Of a stretch of DNA of 64,000 nucleotides, positions 37,480 to 49,392 are shown one piece after another. The notes beneath the pieces were generated by a model that searched no databases, was not told the DNA's origin, and worked only from the letters and a program-made list of their open reading frames with translations. The stretch spans positions 575,493 through 639,492 of the forward strand of contig NIVC01000385.1 of assembly GCA_002269645.1 (NCBI GenBank), in the 5' to 3' direction. Numbering within the stretch: position 1 is the first letter of the stretch; every line of letters begins with the position of its first letter. Both the position numbers and the translations under genes were made by a program. The stretch comes from Macrostomum lignano (lineage: Eukaryota).

Positions 37480-38290
37480 CTTGGGGGAACCCTGGTTACC
37501 CCCCGAGATAATCATGGTTATACCCTTAGAGAGACCCTGGTTACCCAGCTTAGAGATACCCTGGTTACCCTTAGAGAGACCCTGGTTACCCTTAGAGAGA
37601 CCCTGGTTACCCTTAGAGAGACCCTGGTTACCCTTAGAGAGACCCTGGTTACCCTTAGAGAGAAACCCTGGTTACCCTTAGAGAAACCCTGGTTACCCAG
37701 CTTAGAGAGACCCTGGTTACCCTTAGAGAGAAACCCTGGTTACCCTTAGAGAAACCCTGGTTACCCAGCTTAGAGAGACCCTGGTTACCCTTAGAGAAAC
37801 CCTGGTTACCCAGCTTAGAGAGACCCTGGTTACCCTTAGAGAAACCCTGGTTACCCAGCTTAGAGAGACCCTGGTTACCCTTAGAGAGACCCTGGTTACC
37901 CTTAGAGAAACCCTGGTTACCCTTAGAGATACCCTGGTTACCCTTATAGAGACCCTGGTTACCCTTAGAGAGACCCTGGTTACCCTTAGAGAGACCCTGG
38001 TTACCCTTAGAGAGACCCTGGTTACCCTTAGAGAGACCCTGGTTACCCTTAGAGAGAAACCCTGGTTACCCTTAGAGAAACCCTGGTTACCCAGCTTAGA
38101 GAGACCCTGGTTACCCTTAGAGAAACCCTGGTTACCCAGCTTAGAGAAACCCTGGTTACCCTTAGAGATACCCTGGTTACCCTTATAGAGACCCTGGTTA
38201 CCCTTAGAGAGACCCTGGTTACCCTTAGAGAGACCCTGGTTACCCTTAGAGAGACCCTGGTTACCCTTAGAGAGACCCTGGTTACCCCTT
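37480..38290 (+). repeat. 21-bp minisatellite (GAGAGACCCTGGTTACCCTTA), intron of gene C
   Basis: Direct tandem repeat with slightly longer variant units. Confidence 0.95.
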
Positions 38291-38313
38291 GAGATCTCAC
38301 TGAAAGGACTCAC

Positions 38314-38463
38314 CTGCGGCGGCTGTGCCCTGACCGCGGCCAATTCCTTCGGATCAATTTCATCTTTGCCGCTGTTTATTCTGCTAAGGAGTATCTTGCA
38401 CTTCAGCTCCTCCATGACCAGCCGCCTGTACTCCTGCTGATGATCTTGGTCGTTCTGCTGCTG
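38314..38463 (-). CDS. Fos/ATF3-like bZIP gene C, exon with ATF3-type N-terminal motif
   Basis: AACAG|CAG acceptor and CAG|GTGAGT donor. LVMEELKCKILLSRINSG resembles ATF3 FVKEELRFAIQNK. Confidence 0.8.
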
Positions 38464-38516
38464 CTGTTAAAGTTTTATGTGTACAGATTGTAAGCGCAGT
38501 TTGAGCTATTCTTTTT

Positions 38517-39275
38517 CCTGTGTCAGCTGCGTCTCACTGTGTCAGCTGCGTCTCCCTGTGTCAGCTGCGTCTCCCTGTGTCAGCTGCGTCTCCCTGTGTC
38601 AGCTGCGTCTCCCTGTGTCAGCTGCGTCTCCCTGTGTCAGCTGCGTCTCCCTGTGTCAGCTGCGTCTCCCTGTGTCAGCTGCGTCTCTACTACCTGTGTC
38701 AGCTGCGTCTCCCTGTGTCAGCTGCGTCTCCCTGTGTCAGCTGCGTCTCTACTACCTGTGTCAGCTGCGTCTCCCTGTGTCAGCTGCGTCTCCCTGTGTC
38801 AGCTGCGTCTCTACTACCTGTGTCAGCTGCGTCTCCCTGTGTCAGCTGCGTCTCCCTGTGTCAGCTGCGTCTCTACTACCTGTGTCAGTTGGGTCTCTAC
38901 TCTCTGTGTCAGTTGGGTCTCTACTCTCTGTGTCAGTTGGGTCTCTACTCTCTGTGTCAGTTGGGTCTCTACTCTCTGTGTCAGTTGGGTCTCCCTGTGT
39001 CAGCTGCGTCTCCCTGTGTCAGCTGCGTCTTCCTGTGTCAGCTGCGTCTCTCTGTGTCAGCTGCGTCTCCCTGTGTCAGCTACGTCTCCCTGTGTCAGCT
39101 GCGTCTCCCTGTGTCAGCTGCGTCTCCCTGTGTCAGCTGCGTCTCCCTGTGTCAGCTGCGTCTCCCTGTGTCAGCTGCGTCTCCCTGTGTTAGCTGCGTC
39201 TCCCTGTGTCAGCTGCGTCTCCCTGTGTCAGTTGGGTCTCTACTCTCTGTGTCAGTTGGGTCTCTACTCTCTGTG
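38517..39275 (+). repeat. 19-bp minisatellite (CTGTGTCAGCTGCGTCTCC), intron of gene C
   Basis: Period 19 with slightly longer variant units. Confidence 0.95.
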
Positions 39276-39350
39276 TCAACTTCTACTCCCCTGTCAGTGC
39301 CAGATAGATTTATGGGTGTATTCTCCCCTAAATAAATGCCAGCAGCTTAC

Positions 39351-39356
39351 CGTCAT
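39351..39356 (-). CDS. gene C putative first coding micro-exon (ATG ACG)
   Basis: ATGACG|GTAAGC donor, phase 0 and in frame with the next exon. Upstream pyrimidine-rich CTTCAG acceptor at 39371. Confidence 0.6.
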
Positions 39357-39489
39357 GATGAGATGTGCACCTGAAGAAGCGAAGGATAACACAGTTTCAT
39401 AAAAATGTGTTAATTATTCACTATCAGAGTAGCAGCTGTACCAAGCCAATAAGATTGGTTCAACTCAAGCAGCACTTACAACGCTGGGG

Positions 39490-39750
39490 TTTATATAGAG
39501 CAGCCGTGAGCTATTAAAGATCGCCATAGCTGGTAGCATTTATCTCAGTACTAGCCACTAGCGTAAATTAGATGATTGAACGATGCGAAAATGAGGTGGC
39601 ACGCGGATATGCTTATGCATCCCGTATCAATAATTTTGTAGTTAGCCAACGCCCCCCCTCCAGCCAGCTCACCCGCCGCCGCAGCGCAATTCCGCAGCCA
39701 CCGGTGATTTGATAAGAATGCGGCCGCAAATTTTTTCAGCGATGACGTGT
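39490..39750 (-). promoter_or_regulatory. gene C promoter candidate: TATA box plus CRE/XBP1-type site
   Basis: TATATAAA on the minus strand at 39490-39497 and GATGACGTGT at 39741-39750. Confidence 0.45.
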
Positions 39751-40189
39751 GGCTGTAAAAATTAGCCAAGCCAAAGCCAGCCGCCATCCACTATTACATG
39801 TAGGTGAGCATGTCATTTTACACTAACAAGGACCCCGATAGATTTCTGCATTCTCTATCAACCGATGTTGTCAACCGGATTAACAGATTTTCTATAATGA
39901 TAAAACTGAATTACTTTTTATATTTTGTTGCACAGAACTTAAGATGAGTGTCCGATCCAAGTTAAGCGCTGTTGGTCCTGGCTAGTATAGGAAGTCATTA
40001 AGCTTTAGCTGTGCTTCTGTGCGACCTCTAATACAGTCTCAGCAGCTCGGCGGTGTTCGACTTCAACACAAGGACCACTAGGATTTGCAAGAAAATTGGA
40101 TCAGTGTGTTGTTGTTGTGCAATTCGAAACTCCTACATGTACAGGCACAGAAATTGTACACAATACACAATCTGACGATTAGAAAGTCA

Positions 40190-40330
40190 GGACCGCTGTA
40201 CACCCTGTGTGAGCGTGTGCATGAGTGCCTGTCTGCGTACAGCATTGGCGCGCTTGCATGTGCTCAGGAGTCTGCGGAATGGGCAGAATTGCCTCAGCGT
40301 GTGGTTGCCGAAGGCGTTACGCCAAGTTCT
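40190..40330 (+). mobile_element. diverged fragment of the SINE family 1 body
   Basis: CCGCTGTACAC...GCGCGCTTG...GCGGAATGGGCAG aligns to the SINE at 6691. Confidence 0.6.
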
Positions 40331-40429
40331 TGCCTAAAATGCTACCGGTCAGCAGGAAAACTACCGGCGAAGTTTCAGCAGTCCCTGACTCTGCATGGCG
40401 TGCATTTTTTTCTGGCTCAGATGTTTTTC

Positions 40430-41025
40430 TACCGGATTTGTCTATGGCGCAACCCCATTTGCACATGAAACCCGGATTTGTCTATGGCGCAACCGGCCAT
40501 TTGCACATGAAACCCGGATTTGTCTATGGCGCAACCCCATTTGCACATGAAACCCGGATTTGTCTATGGCGCAACCGGCCATTTGCACATGAAACCCGGA
40601 TTTGTCTATGGCGCAACCCCATTTGCACATGAAACCCGGATTTGTCTATGGCGCAACCGGCCATTTGCACATGAAACCCGGATTTATCTATGGCGCAACC
40701 CAATTTGCACATGAAACTCTGATTTGTCTATGGCGTAACCCCATTTGCACATGAAACCCGGATTTATCTATGACGCAACCCCATTTGCACATGAAACCCG
40801 GATTTGTCTATGGCGCAACCGGCCATTTGCACATGAAACCCGGATTTGTTTATGGCGCAACCCCATTTGCACATGAAACCCGGATTTGTTTATGGCGCAA
40901 CCCCATTTGCACATGAAACCCTGATTTGTCTATGGCGAAACCTCATTTGCACATGAAACCCGGATTTGTCTATGGCGCAACCTCATTTGTAGATGAAACC
41001 CGGATTTGTCTATGGCGAAACCCCA
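40430..41025 (+). repeat. 40-42-bp minisatellite (GATTTGTCTATGGCGCAACCCCATTTGCACATGAAACCCG), about 14 copies
   Basis: Direct tandem repeat between genes B and C. Confidence 0.93.
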
Positions 41026-41744
41026 ACCCCGTTTGCCCATGTGCAAAAAAGCAAATCTGTTTTAGAAAGCCAAACTGTCTATTTTTTAGCTTTGCCGCTT
41101 CTTGAGAATATTTTTCAAACTTTTCTTGAAACACTTGCGCATCAAACTCGGAAAAAAACATGTCATGGGGAACTCGAAAGTGAGTGCAGAAAGTGGGAAA
41201 TCACGCATTGGGAGTCAAGCTAATTTTCCTCTCATCTCATCAAAAAAGAATAAAAAGCCGCACTCATAAACAACTGTTTAGAGCAGCAATTTCAAATGCA
41301 GGAAAGCGATCTGAGATGTACTTTTATTAAACAGTACAGGGAGTACTCTATCAGGCGGAACACACAGTTGACAATAATTCGAAAAAGCAAATCCTTTAAT
41401 TAGAGAATAAAAAATGACAATGGCTGATCTCACATGATTTTGCAGAATGAATGCTACTAGATTTACTATTCTGCACATTGAATCACAGTTATTGGCATTG
41501 ATTTTGGATATCTATTTTTTATTCATCTCTGTACAGCAGAAAAAAATCAATATTGAACTTCGCTCTGTTAATAACTGCAGACTGTAAAGGCACTTCGACG
41601 TGCTGTGTTGTTGCGGATGGAAACCAGCACCATAGCAACGAGTGTTTACCACCCTGGAAACACCTTGAGAAACTTATTAAATGACTGAAGATTTTGGCTC
41701 GGAGTTAGACTGGATTGGGATCATGATCAGAAGCGTGCTCTGGC

Positions 41745-42405
41745 TGGGATCAGGGATGGGATCAAAGCTAGCATCATGGCTATGGTCATAGTTAAGATCA
41801 TTGAGCTGGGATCATTTAGCTGGCATTAAAGCTGGGATCAAAGCTGGGATCTAGCTGGGATCAAAGCTGGAATCGTAGTCAAGATCTAGCTGGAATCTAG
41901 CTGGGATCATAGGGATCTACCTGGGATCTAGCTGGGATCATATCTGGGATCTAGCTTGGATCAAATCAGGGATGTAGCTGGGATCTAGCTTGGATCAAAT
42001 CAGGGATGTAGCTGGGATCATAATAGGGATCTAGCTGGGATCATAGTCGGGATCTAACTGGGATCATAGCTGGGATATAGCTGGGATCATAGCTGGGATC
42101 TAGCTGGGATCATAGCTGGGATCTAGCTGGGATCTAGCTGGGATCTAGCTGGGATCTAACTGGGATCATAGCTGGGATATAGCTGGGATCATAGCTGGGA
42201 TCTAGCTGGGATCTAGCTGGGATCATAGCTGGGATCTAGCTGGGATCTAGCTGGGATCATAGCTGGGATCTAGCTGGGATCTAGCTGGGATCATAGCTGG
42301 GATGTAGCTGGGATCATAGTCGGGATCTAGCTGGGATCATAGTCGGGATATAGCTGGGATCATAGCTGGGATATAGCTACGATCTAGCTGGGATCTAGCT
42401 GGGAT
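41745..42405 (+). repeat. 10-11-bp repeat (AGCTGGGATC(T/AT))
   Basis: Direct tandem repeat. The stop of gene B falls at its edge. Confidence 0.92.
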
Positions 42406-42659
42406 TTGGAATCCTGATTGAGATGGCGGCAATCCGTAGCAAAGCTGGTAGATGACGCAGTTTCCAAAATCTGGCGAACATTCAGCAGCAGGCGGCTCAG
42501 CCACGGATCCAGCGGGTCGGCCTGCTCCAGCCGCCGGGTCAGGAAGCTGAGCAGGCAGCTGGGAGATGGGAAGTCGCCAAGCAGCTCGGCAAATTCCTGC
42601 CTGGCCGAATCGAGGCAGCGCCTCAGCCTGAGCAGCTCGAGTTCGCTGTGCCGGATTTG
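42384..42659 (-). CDS. Fos/ATF3-like bZIP gene B, last exon (degenerate zipper)
   Basis: TTTCTCCAG|CAA acceptor, phase 0. Encodes QIRHSELELLRLRRCLDSARQEFAELL in heptad register with the basic exon. The 3' end is less certain. Confidence 0.7.
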   Translation of the reverse strand, partial: QIRHSELELLRLRRCLDSARQEFAELLGDFPSPSCLLSFLTRRLEQADPLDPWLSRLLLNVRQILETASSTSFATDCRHLNQDSKSQLDPS

Positions 42660-42664
42660 CTGGA

Positions 42665-42890
42665 GAAATAGAACAGTAGAATAGAACAATAAGATAGAAC
42701 AATAGGATAGAACAATAGGATAGAACAATAGGATAGAACAATAGGATAGAACAATAGGATAGAACAATAGGATAGAACAATAGGGTAGAACAACAGGATA
42801 GAACAATAGGATAGAACAACAGGATAGAACAATAGGATAGAACAACAGGATAGAACAACAGGATAGAACAATAGGATAGAGCAACAGGAT
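42665..42890 (+). repeat. 13-bp repeat (AGGATAGAACAAT)
   Basis: Period 13 (42721 to 42734). Confidence 0.93.
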
Positions 42891-43569
42891 ATAAGAATTT
42901 TCAGGAGAGAACGGTAGAATAAAAAATAGAATGGAACAACTGGAAGGCCCGGGATGGGCCAGGGAAGCCTCTGTGTTCGCTTTGCTCAAGCAGAATCCAT
43001 AATTGTATAATTTACACAAAACAGACAGACCGAGTTACAGAGCAGCCTCTCACATAATTTGGTATATAACTCCCATTTTCTGCGGCCGATTTTGATAATT
43101 ATTCAAAGCATTCAAGGCGGCAGTTTTTTCTATTAGTACTCGGTGAACTTTGGAAAAGAGACAATTTCCCAATTTTCGATAATTAACCTCGAAAAGTTGC
43201 AGAAAGTTTTTTGACACTTCCAAAACTCCCAGGAAACCGAGAGGCTTCCCTAGATTTTTTGAGACCGAAATGCTGCTAGCAGTGAAAGGCGGTGGTTAAG
43301 AGACTTTGAGCCAAGTCAGTCAGTCTATAAACAGCTTAGGTAAACAGACTGATAAGGAAGCCCTGTGTAAGTGCTTGTTATCTGTCCACAGCCCCCAGTG
43401 CAGAAGTGTATCAATCTAGGCATCTACTTGACCAAAAGTGGACGCTAGTTAATTACTAATCTGCATCAGATTAAATTGCAAGCCACAAACTTTAAAATTG
43501 AATAACAAAGTAAATATGCTTTTTTTACAGTAGCTAATTTTTGCTGTGCTTAGCTGATGAAACCGGTGT

Positions 43570-44660
43570 CTGGAACAGGTGAAGCCTGTGTGTATAGAAC
43601 AGGTGAAGTTCGTGTCTAGAACAGGTGAAGTTCGTGTCTAAAACAGGTGAAGTTCGTGTCTAGAACAGGTAAAGCCCGTGTCTATAACAGGTAAAGCCCG
43701 TGTCTATAACAGGTAAAGCCCGTATCTATAACCAGTAAAGCCCGTATCTATAACCGGTAAAGCCCGTGTCTATAACAGGTAAACCCCGTATATAGAACAG
43801 GTAAAGCCCATGTCTATAACAGGCAAAGCCCGTGTCTATAACAGGTAAAGCCCGTGTCTATGACTGCTAAAGCACGTATCTATAACCGGTAAAGCCCTTG
43901 TCTATAACAGGTAAACCCCGTGTCTGTAACAGGTAAACCCCGTATCTATAACAGGTAAAGTCCGTGTCTATAGCAGGTAAAACCTGTATCTAGAACAGGT
44001 AAAGCCCGTGTCTATAACAGGTAAACCCCGTATATAGAACAGGTAAAGCCCATGTCTATAACAGGCAAAGCCCGTGTCTATAACCGGTAAAGCCCGTGTC
44101 TATGACAGCTAAAGCACGTATCTATAACCGGTAAAGCCCTTGTCTATGACAGCTAAAGCACGTATCTATAACCGGTAAAGCCCTTGTCTATAACAGGTAA
44201 ACCCCGTGTCTGTAACAGGTAAACCCCGTATCTATAACAGGTAAAGTCCGTGTCTATAGCAGGTAAGGCTCGTGTCTATAACAGGTAAACCCCGTGTCTA
44301 TAACAGGTAAAGCCCGTGTCTATAACAGCTAAAGCACGTATCTATAACCGGTAAACCCCGTGTCTATGACAGGTAAAACCTGTATCCAGAACAGGTAAAG
44401 CCCGTGTCTATGACAGGTAAAACCTGTGTCTAGAACAGGTAAAGCATGTGTATAGAACAGGTGAAGTTTGTGTCGTGTCTGGAAGAGGTAAAGACCTGTC
44501 TAGAACAGGTAAAGCCTCTGACAAGAACATGTGAAATTTGTGTCTCGAGCAGGTAAAGCCCGTGTCTATAACAGGTAAAAGCTGTGTCGAGAACAGGTAA
44601 AGCCCGTGTCTATAACAGGTAAATCCCGTGTCTAGAACAGGTAAAGTTCACGCCTGTAAC
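43570..44660 (+). repeat. 22-bp minisatellite (AACAGGTAAAGCCCGTGTCTAT), about 50 copies, intron of gene B
   Basis: Period 22 (43681 to 43703). Confidence 0.93.
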
Positions 44661-44732
44661 AGACAAAGCCGGTGTACAAATAATTACCGGATTAGTCTGG
44701 GAGGTGGATCCTACAACCAACAAGTCACTAAC

Positions 44733-44840
44733 CTCAGTCAGCTGGGAGAACTCCAGCCGTCGCTTCGCCCGGCACCTCCTCGCCGCCAGCCGGTTGCCCG
44801 CCCGCCGTCTCTCCTGCATTTGCAGCGTCTCCTCGCTTAA
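44733..44840 (-). CDS. Fos/ATF3-like bZIP gene B, 108-nt basic-region exon
   Basis: TGCAG|TTA acceptor and GAG|GTTAGT donor. Encodes LSEETLQMQERRRAGNRLAARRCRAKRRLEFSQLTE (36 aa, N-x7-R motif). Confidence 0.85.
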
Positions 44841-45158
44841 CTGCATGTGGAAAACATGGATTTGGGACAAAACGCTATCCTGGCTACTAATAGCGGTGTA
44901 ATAAGCATTTTTGATTCCAAATTTACGCTGCCAGTGAATAAATGCGTCATAGCACGCCGAGACGGTAGAGTTTGGCGGATTCTCCAATGCACTAATAAGT
45001 CCCGTCTGCCTGTCTGCCTGTCTGTAACTCCGGTGCAGCCCCGTGTGCGCCTTTTGAACACAAATGTCAGCTGATTAGCCTGGGGGCAGCGCACCTATAC
45101 CTATATTGGTCTTCCAGACGGATGCTCATTCATTAATGCCCCCCCCGCCATGACTCAC

Positions 45159-45359
45159 AGGCGATTCAACATTTCTCTCGGTGTCCTCAACAGCCGAGGC
45201 GGACAGCGAGCGGCCCTGCCGAAGCAGCTTGAGCTGAATCTGGCAGCTCAGCTCCTCGCGCACCAGCCAGCTGAGCAGCCGACCCTCTTCGGGCGCCTCG
45301 CTTGGCCGCTGGCTCGGCCCGGCCTGGCCGCTGCCACCGCTGCCGCTGCCGCTAGCCAG
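45159..45359 (-). CDS. Fos/ATF3-like bZIP gene B, exon with ATF3-type motif (5' boundary uncertain, no ATG)
   Basis: Encodes LLSWLVREELSCQIQLKLLRQG (ATF3-like). CCT|GTGAGT phase-0 donor at 45158. An in-frame TGA lies just upstream. Confidence 0.7.
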
Positions 45360-45371
45360 CTTTGCTGAGCG

Positions 45372-45420
45372 TCACGTGATTTCCGGTTTTTGGCCGGGTC
45401 GCTGCGCCAAGCCAATTTTA
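45372..45420 (-). promoter_or_regulatory. motif cluster upstream of gene B (CCAAT, ETS-like CCGGAAA, TCACGTGAC E-box)
   Basis: The plus strand reads GTCACGTGATTTCCGG...GCCAATT immediately 5' of the gene B exon. Confidence 0.35.
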
Positions 45421-45599
45421 GCAGTAATTAGTCAGCATGTACATGAATAATAATGGGAACACGATATAAATAGCTAAAATCTTAATCTCAGTCCGATCTG
45501 GTGTAAGAAAACGGCCGTAGGTCACGTGATAGAGTGAAAGACAGTGCGGAGAACGAGACAATAGGATAGAAGAATGAGACAGTCATGTGATATAGTTAG

Positions 45600-46460
45600 A
45601 GACAGGATGAGAGAGACAGGGTGAGAGAGAGAGACAGGGTGAGAGAGAGACGGCGAGAGAGAGACAGGGTGAGAGAGAGAGACGGCGAGAGTGAGACAGG
45701 GTGAGAGAGAGAGGGGGTGAGAGAGAGACAGGATGAGCGAGACAGGATGAGAGAGACAGGATGAGAGAGACTGGGTGAGTGAGAGAGACAGGATGAGAGA
45801 GACTGGGTGAGAGAGAGACAGGATGAGAGAGACTGGGTGAGAGAGAGACAGGATGAGAGAGAGACAGGGTGAGAGAGAGACATGATAACAGAGGTAGGGT
45901 GAGAGAGAGACAGGGTGAGAGAGAGACAGGATGAGAGAGAGACAGGATGAGAGAGAGAGACAGGGTGAGAGAGAGACAGGATGAGAGAGAGAGACAGGGT
46001 GAGAGAGAGAGACAGGGTGAGAGAGAGAGACAGGGTGAGAGAGAGACAGGATGAGAGAGAGACAAGGTGAGAGAGAGACAGGGTGAGAGAGAGACAGGAT
46101 GAGAGAGAGACAAGGTGAGAGAGAGACAGGGTGAGAGAGAGACAAGGTGAAAGAGAGACAAGGTGGGAGAGAGACAGGGTGAGAGAGAGACAAGGTGAAA
46201 GAGAGACAAGGTGAGAGAGAGACAGGGTGAGAGAGAGACAGGGTGAGAGAGAGACAAGGTGAAAGAGAGACAAGGTGAGAGAGAGACAGGGTGAGAGAGA
46301 GACAAGGTGAGAGAGAGACAAGGTGAGAGAGAGACAGGGTGAGAGAGAGACAGGGTGAGAGAGAGACAGGGTGAGAGAGAGACAAGGTGAGAGAGAGACA
46401 GAATGAGAGAGAGACAGGGTGAGAGAGAGAGAGAGACAGGGTGAGGCAGGAGAGAGGGTG
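45600..46460 (+). repeat. (GAGAGAGACAGGGTGA)-type low-complexity repeat
   Basis: Visible tandem repeat. Confidence 0.95.
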
Positions 46461-47229
46461 AGAGTGAGAGGGAGTTAATACAAGAGCAGGGCGAAGGCAA
46501 AATGAGACAGATACCTAGTCTAGTGGGCGTCATGCGAAGGAGCTCGTAACAATAATTAATCCTCAATGACCATGCACACTTATAGACGCATGCGATGAAT
46601 ATCGAAATTCAAGCAAATAAGTATCAATACATTTTCGTTCTTTAGTGAACTTATCTAGATTTGCCTGGCGCTGCAATCTTATAATCATAAATACATTAGT
46701 TAAGCTGTTGCATGTCAATTTTGTTATTCTTACCTTTGCTGAAAGCAAAGCCGACTCACTGCAGTTCAGACCAATGCGATATTCGGCCAACAGCAAAATC
46801 TGCTGCTTCAACAATAGGTATACTTTATAGCTGAAGGGAATAACAAATTTAAAGCCACTGCGCCGATAGGGCCGCCGATAGGCCGCGTGTGACCGCACGT
46901 CGGCTCACTGGGAGAGGCCAGTTGTATTTGTACGGAGAGCGCGGGGTCGGCTGGGGCTATTTTTAGAACTGTCGTCATTGGCTCACCGTACGGACCCCGA
47001 ATTTAACTGGCTGCCGGCTCGCGGCAATGAAATGTGTTCATTGCATATTGTACGAGTACACTCCCCCCAGCCCAGTCAGTTCATAAAGCACGGCCGGCCC
47101 TGGGGCTGCCTGTGAAGATCCAGCAGCGAGCAGAATGCCGTCAGAGAATGATTTTTGCAATGTAAATACCCGGAAAAAGTTTCTTGCACTGCTGACAGTG
47201 ATTGGAAGAAAATCGGTGAACTTGGAAAA

Positions 47230-47291
47230 GATAGATGGATAGGTAGATAGATAGGTAGATAGATAGGTAGATAGATAGGTAGATAGATAGG

Positions 47292-47329
<38 letters not shown>

Positions 47330-47343
47330 CAAACAGACAGACA

Positions 47344-47376
<33 letters not shown>

Positions 47377-47480
47377 ACAGACACAAATAGACAGAGAGAC
47401 AGACAGACAGACAGGCAGGCAGGCAGGCAGGCAGGCAGACAGACAGACAGAGAGACAGGCAGGCATGCAGGCAAACACAA

Positions 47481-47529
<49 letters not shown>

Positions 47530-47539
47530 TAGATAGACC

Positions 47540-47573
<34 letters not shown>

Positions 47574-47600
47574 TAGACAGATAGATAGACCGACAGACAT

Positions 47601-47689
<89 letters not shown>

Positions 47690-47699
47690 TAGATAGACC

Positions 47700-47737
<38 letters not shown>

Positions 47738-47756
47738 TAGATAGACCGACAGATAT

Positions 47757-47811
<55 letters not shown>

Positions 47812-47874
47812 CACAGACAGACAGACAGACAGACAGACAGAGAGGCAGGCAGGCAGGCATGCAGGCAGACACAA

Positions 47875-47913
<39 letters not shown>

Positions 47914-47914
47914 C

Positions 47915-47955
<41 letters not shown>

Positions 47956-47988
47956 GAGGCAGGCAGGCAGGCATGCAGGCAGACACAA

Positions 47989-48047
<59 letters not shown>

Positions 48048-48098
48048 CATAGACAGACAGACAGACAGACAGAGAGACAGGCATGCAGGCAGACACAA

Positions 48099-48137
<39 letters not shown>

Positions 48138-48138
48138 C

Positions 48139-48179
<41 letters not shown>

Positions 48180-48212
48180 GAGGCAGGCAGGCAGGCATGC
48201 AGGCAGACACAA

Positions 48213-48283
<71 letters not shown>

Positions 48284-48365
48284 CATAGACAGACAGACAG
48301 ACAGACAGAGAGACAGGCATGCAGGCAGACACAAATAGACAGACAGACAGTCAGACAGACAGACA
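47230..48365 (+). repeat. compound (AGAT)n/(AGAC)n/(AGGC)n microsatellite, about 1.1 kb
   Basis: Visible tandem repeat with a recurring GGCATGCAGGCAGACACAAAT block. Confidence 0.97.
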
Positions 48366-48829
48366 GTTTAGACACAACAGTTTAGATTTAAATGAAAAAC
48401 GCTGCATGCAGTCAATAATAACACGGATTTTCAACCGCAATAACAGAGCGGGACCAATAAGACAAAACAGCGTCTATCATACAAAAAGTGAGCGAGCCGT
48501 TCTATTTGTCACCGCGGTGCAGGAATCAGCGCACACAAAAACTGTTCGCATTTCGGAGAAGTGAAATACAGTCATAAGCACAGGGTCAGTAGTTGAGCCG
48601 GGATGAAAAACCGTAACAAACGACAAGTGCAAAAACAGTGCAAAATACAAAAATTGACTCAGATTAGCAGGGAGGTTTGCTGAAAAGTGCTATGAAAATT
48701 GAAACTCCCGGCACAATAATGTCATGAATTAAATTCAACACGAGCGGCAAGGCTCAAGGGCTCAGCTGGTTGGTTCTACTCCAGCACTCCAGTGGGCACA
48801 GCTAAATTTACTTTTCATAGCTGAGGGAG

Positions 48830-49392
48830 ACCTAATGAGACAGATGAGGGAGATCTAATGCGATTAGATGAGAGAGATCTAATGAGATTAGATGATAGAG
48901 ACGTAATGAGACAGGTGAAGGACACCTAATGAGACAGGTGAGGGAGACCTAATGAGACCGTTGAGGGAGACCTAATGAGACAGGTGAGAGAGCCCTAATG
49001 AGACAGGTGAGAGCGACCTAATGAGACAGGTGAGAGCGACCTAATGAGACAGGTGAGAGAGACCTAATGTTACAGGTGAGAGAGACCTAATGTTACAGGT
49101 GAGAGAGACCTAATGTTACAGGTGAGAGAGACCTAATGTTACAGGTGAGAGAGACCTAATGAGACAGGTGAGAGAGACCTAATGTTACAGGTGAGAGAGA
49201 CCTAATGTTACAGGTGAGAGAGACCTAATGAGACAGGTGACAGAGCCCTAATGAGACAGGTGAGAGACCTAATGAGACAGGTGAGAGAGACCTAATGTTA
49301 CAGGTGAGAGAGACCTAATGAGACAGGTGAGAGAGACCTAATGAGACAGGTGAGAGACCTAATGAGACAGGTGAGAGACCTAATGAGACAGA
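48830..49392 (+). repeat. 21-bp minisatellite (GAGAGACCTAATGAGACAGGT)
   Basis: Visible tandem repeat. Confidence 0.93.

Noticed and set aside
43570-44660. Recursive splice sites (CAG|GTAAAG) in the 22-bp array
   Set aside because: They are on the + strand, whereas the host gene B is transcribed from the - strand.
45151-45157. Perfect AP-1 site TGACTCA inside gene B (autoregulation)
   Set aside because: It coincides with the consensus donor GTGAGTCA, so it is expected by chance.
47038-47230. Cys/His-containing peptide next to the microsatellite
   Set aside because: No recognisable motif and no consistent splice partners.
45522-48385. Long SLSVCL/QTDR ORFs
   Set aside because: Microsatellite translations.
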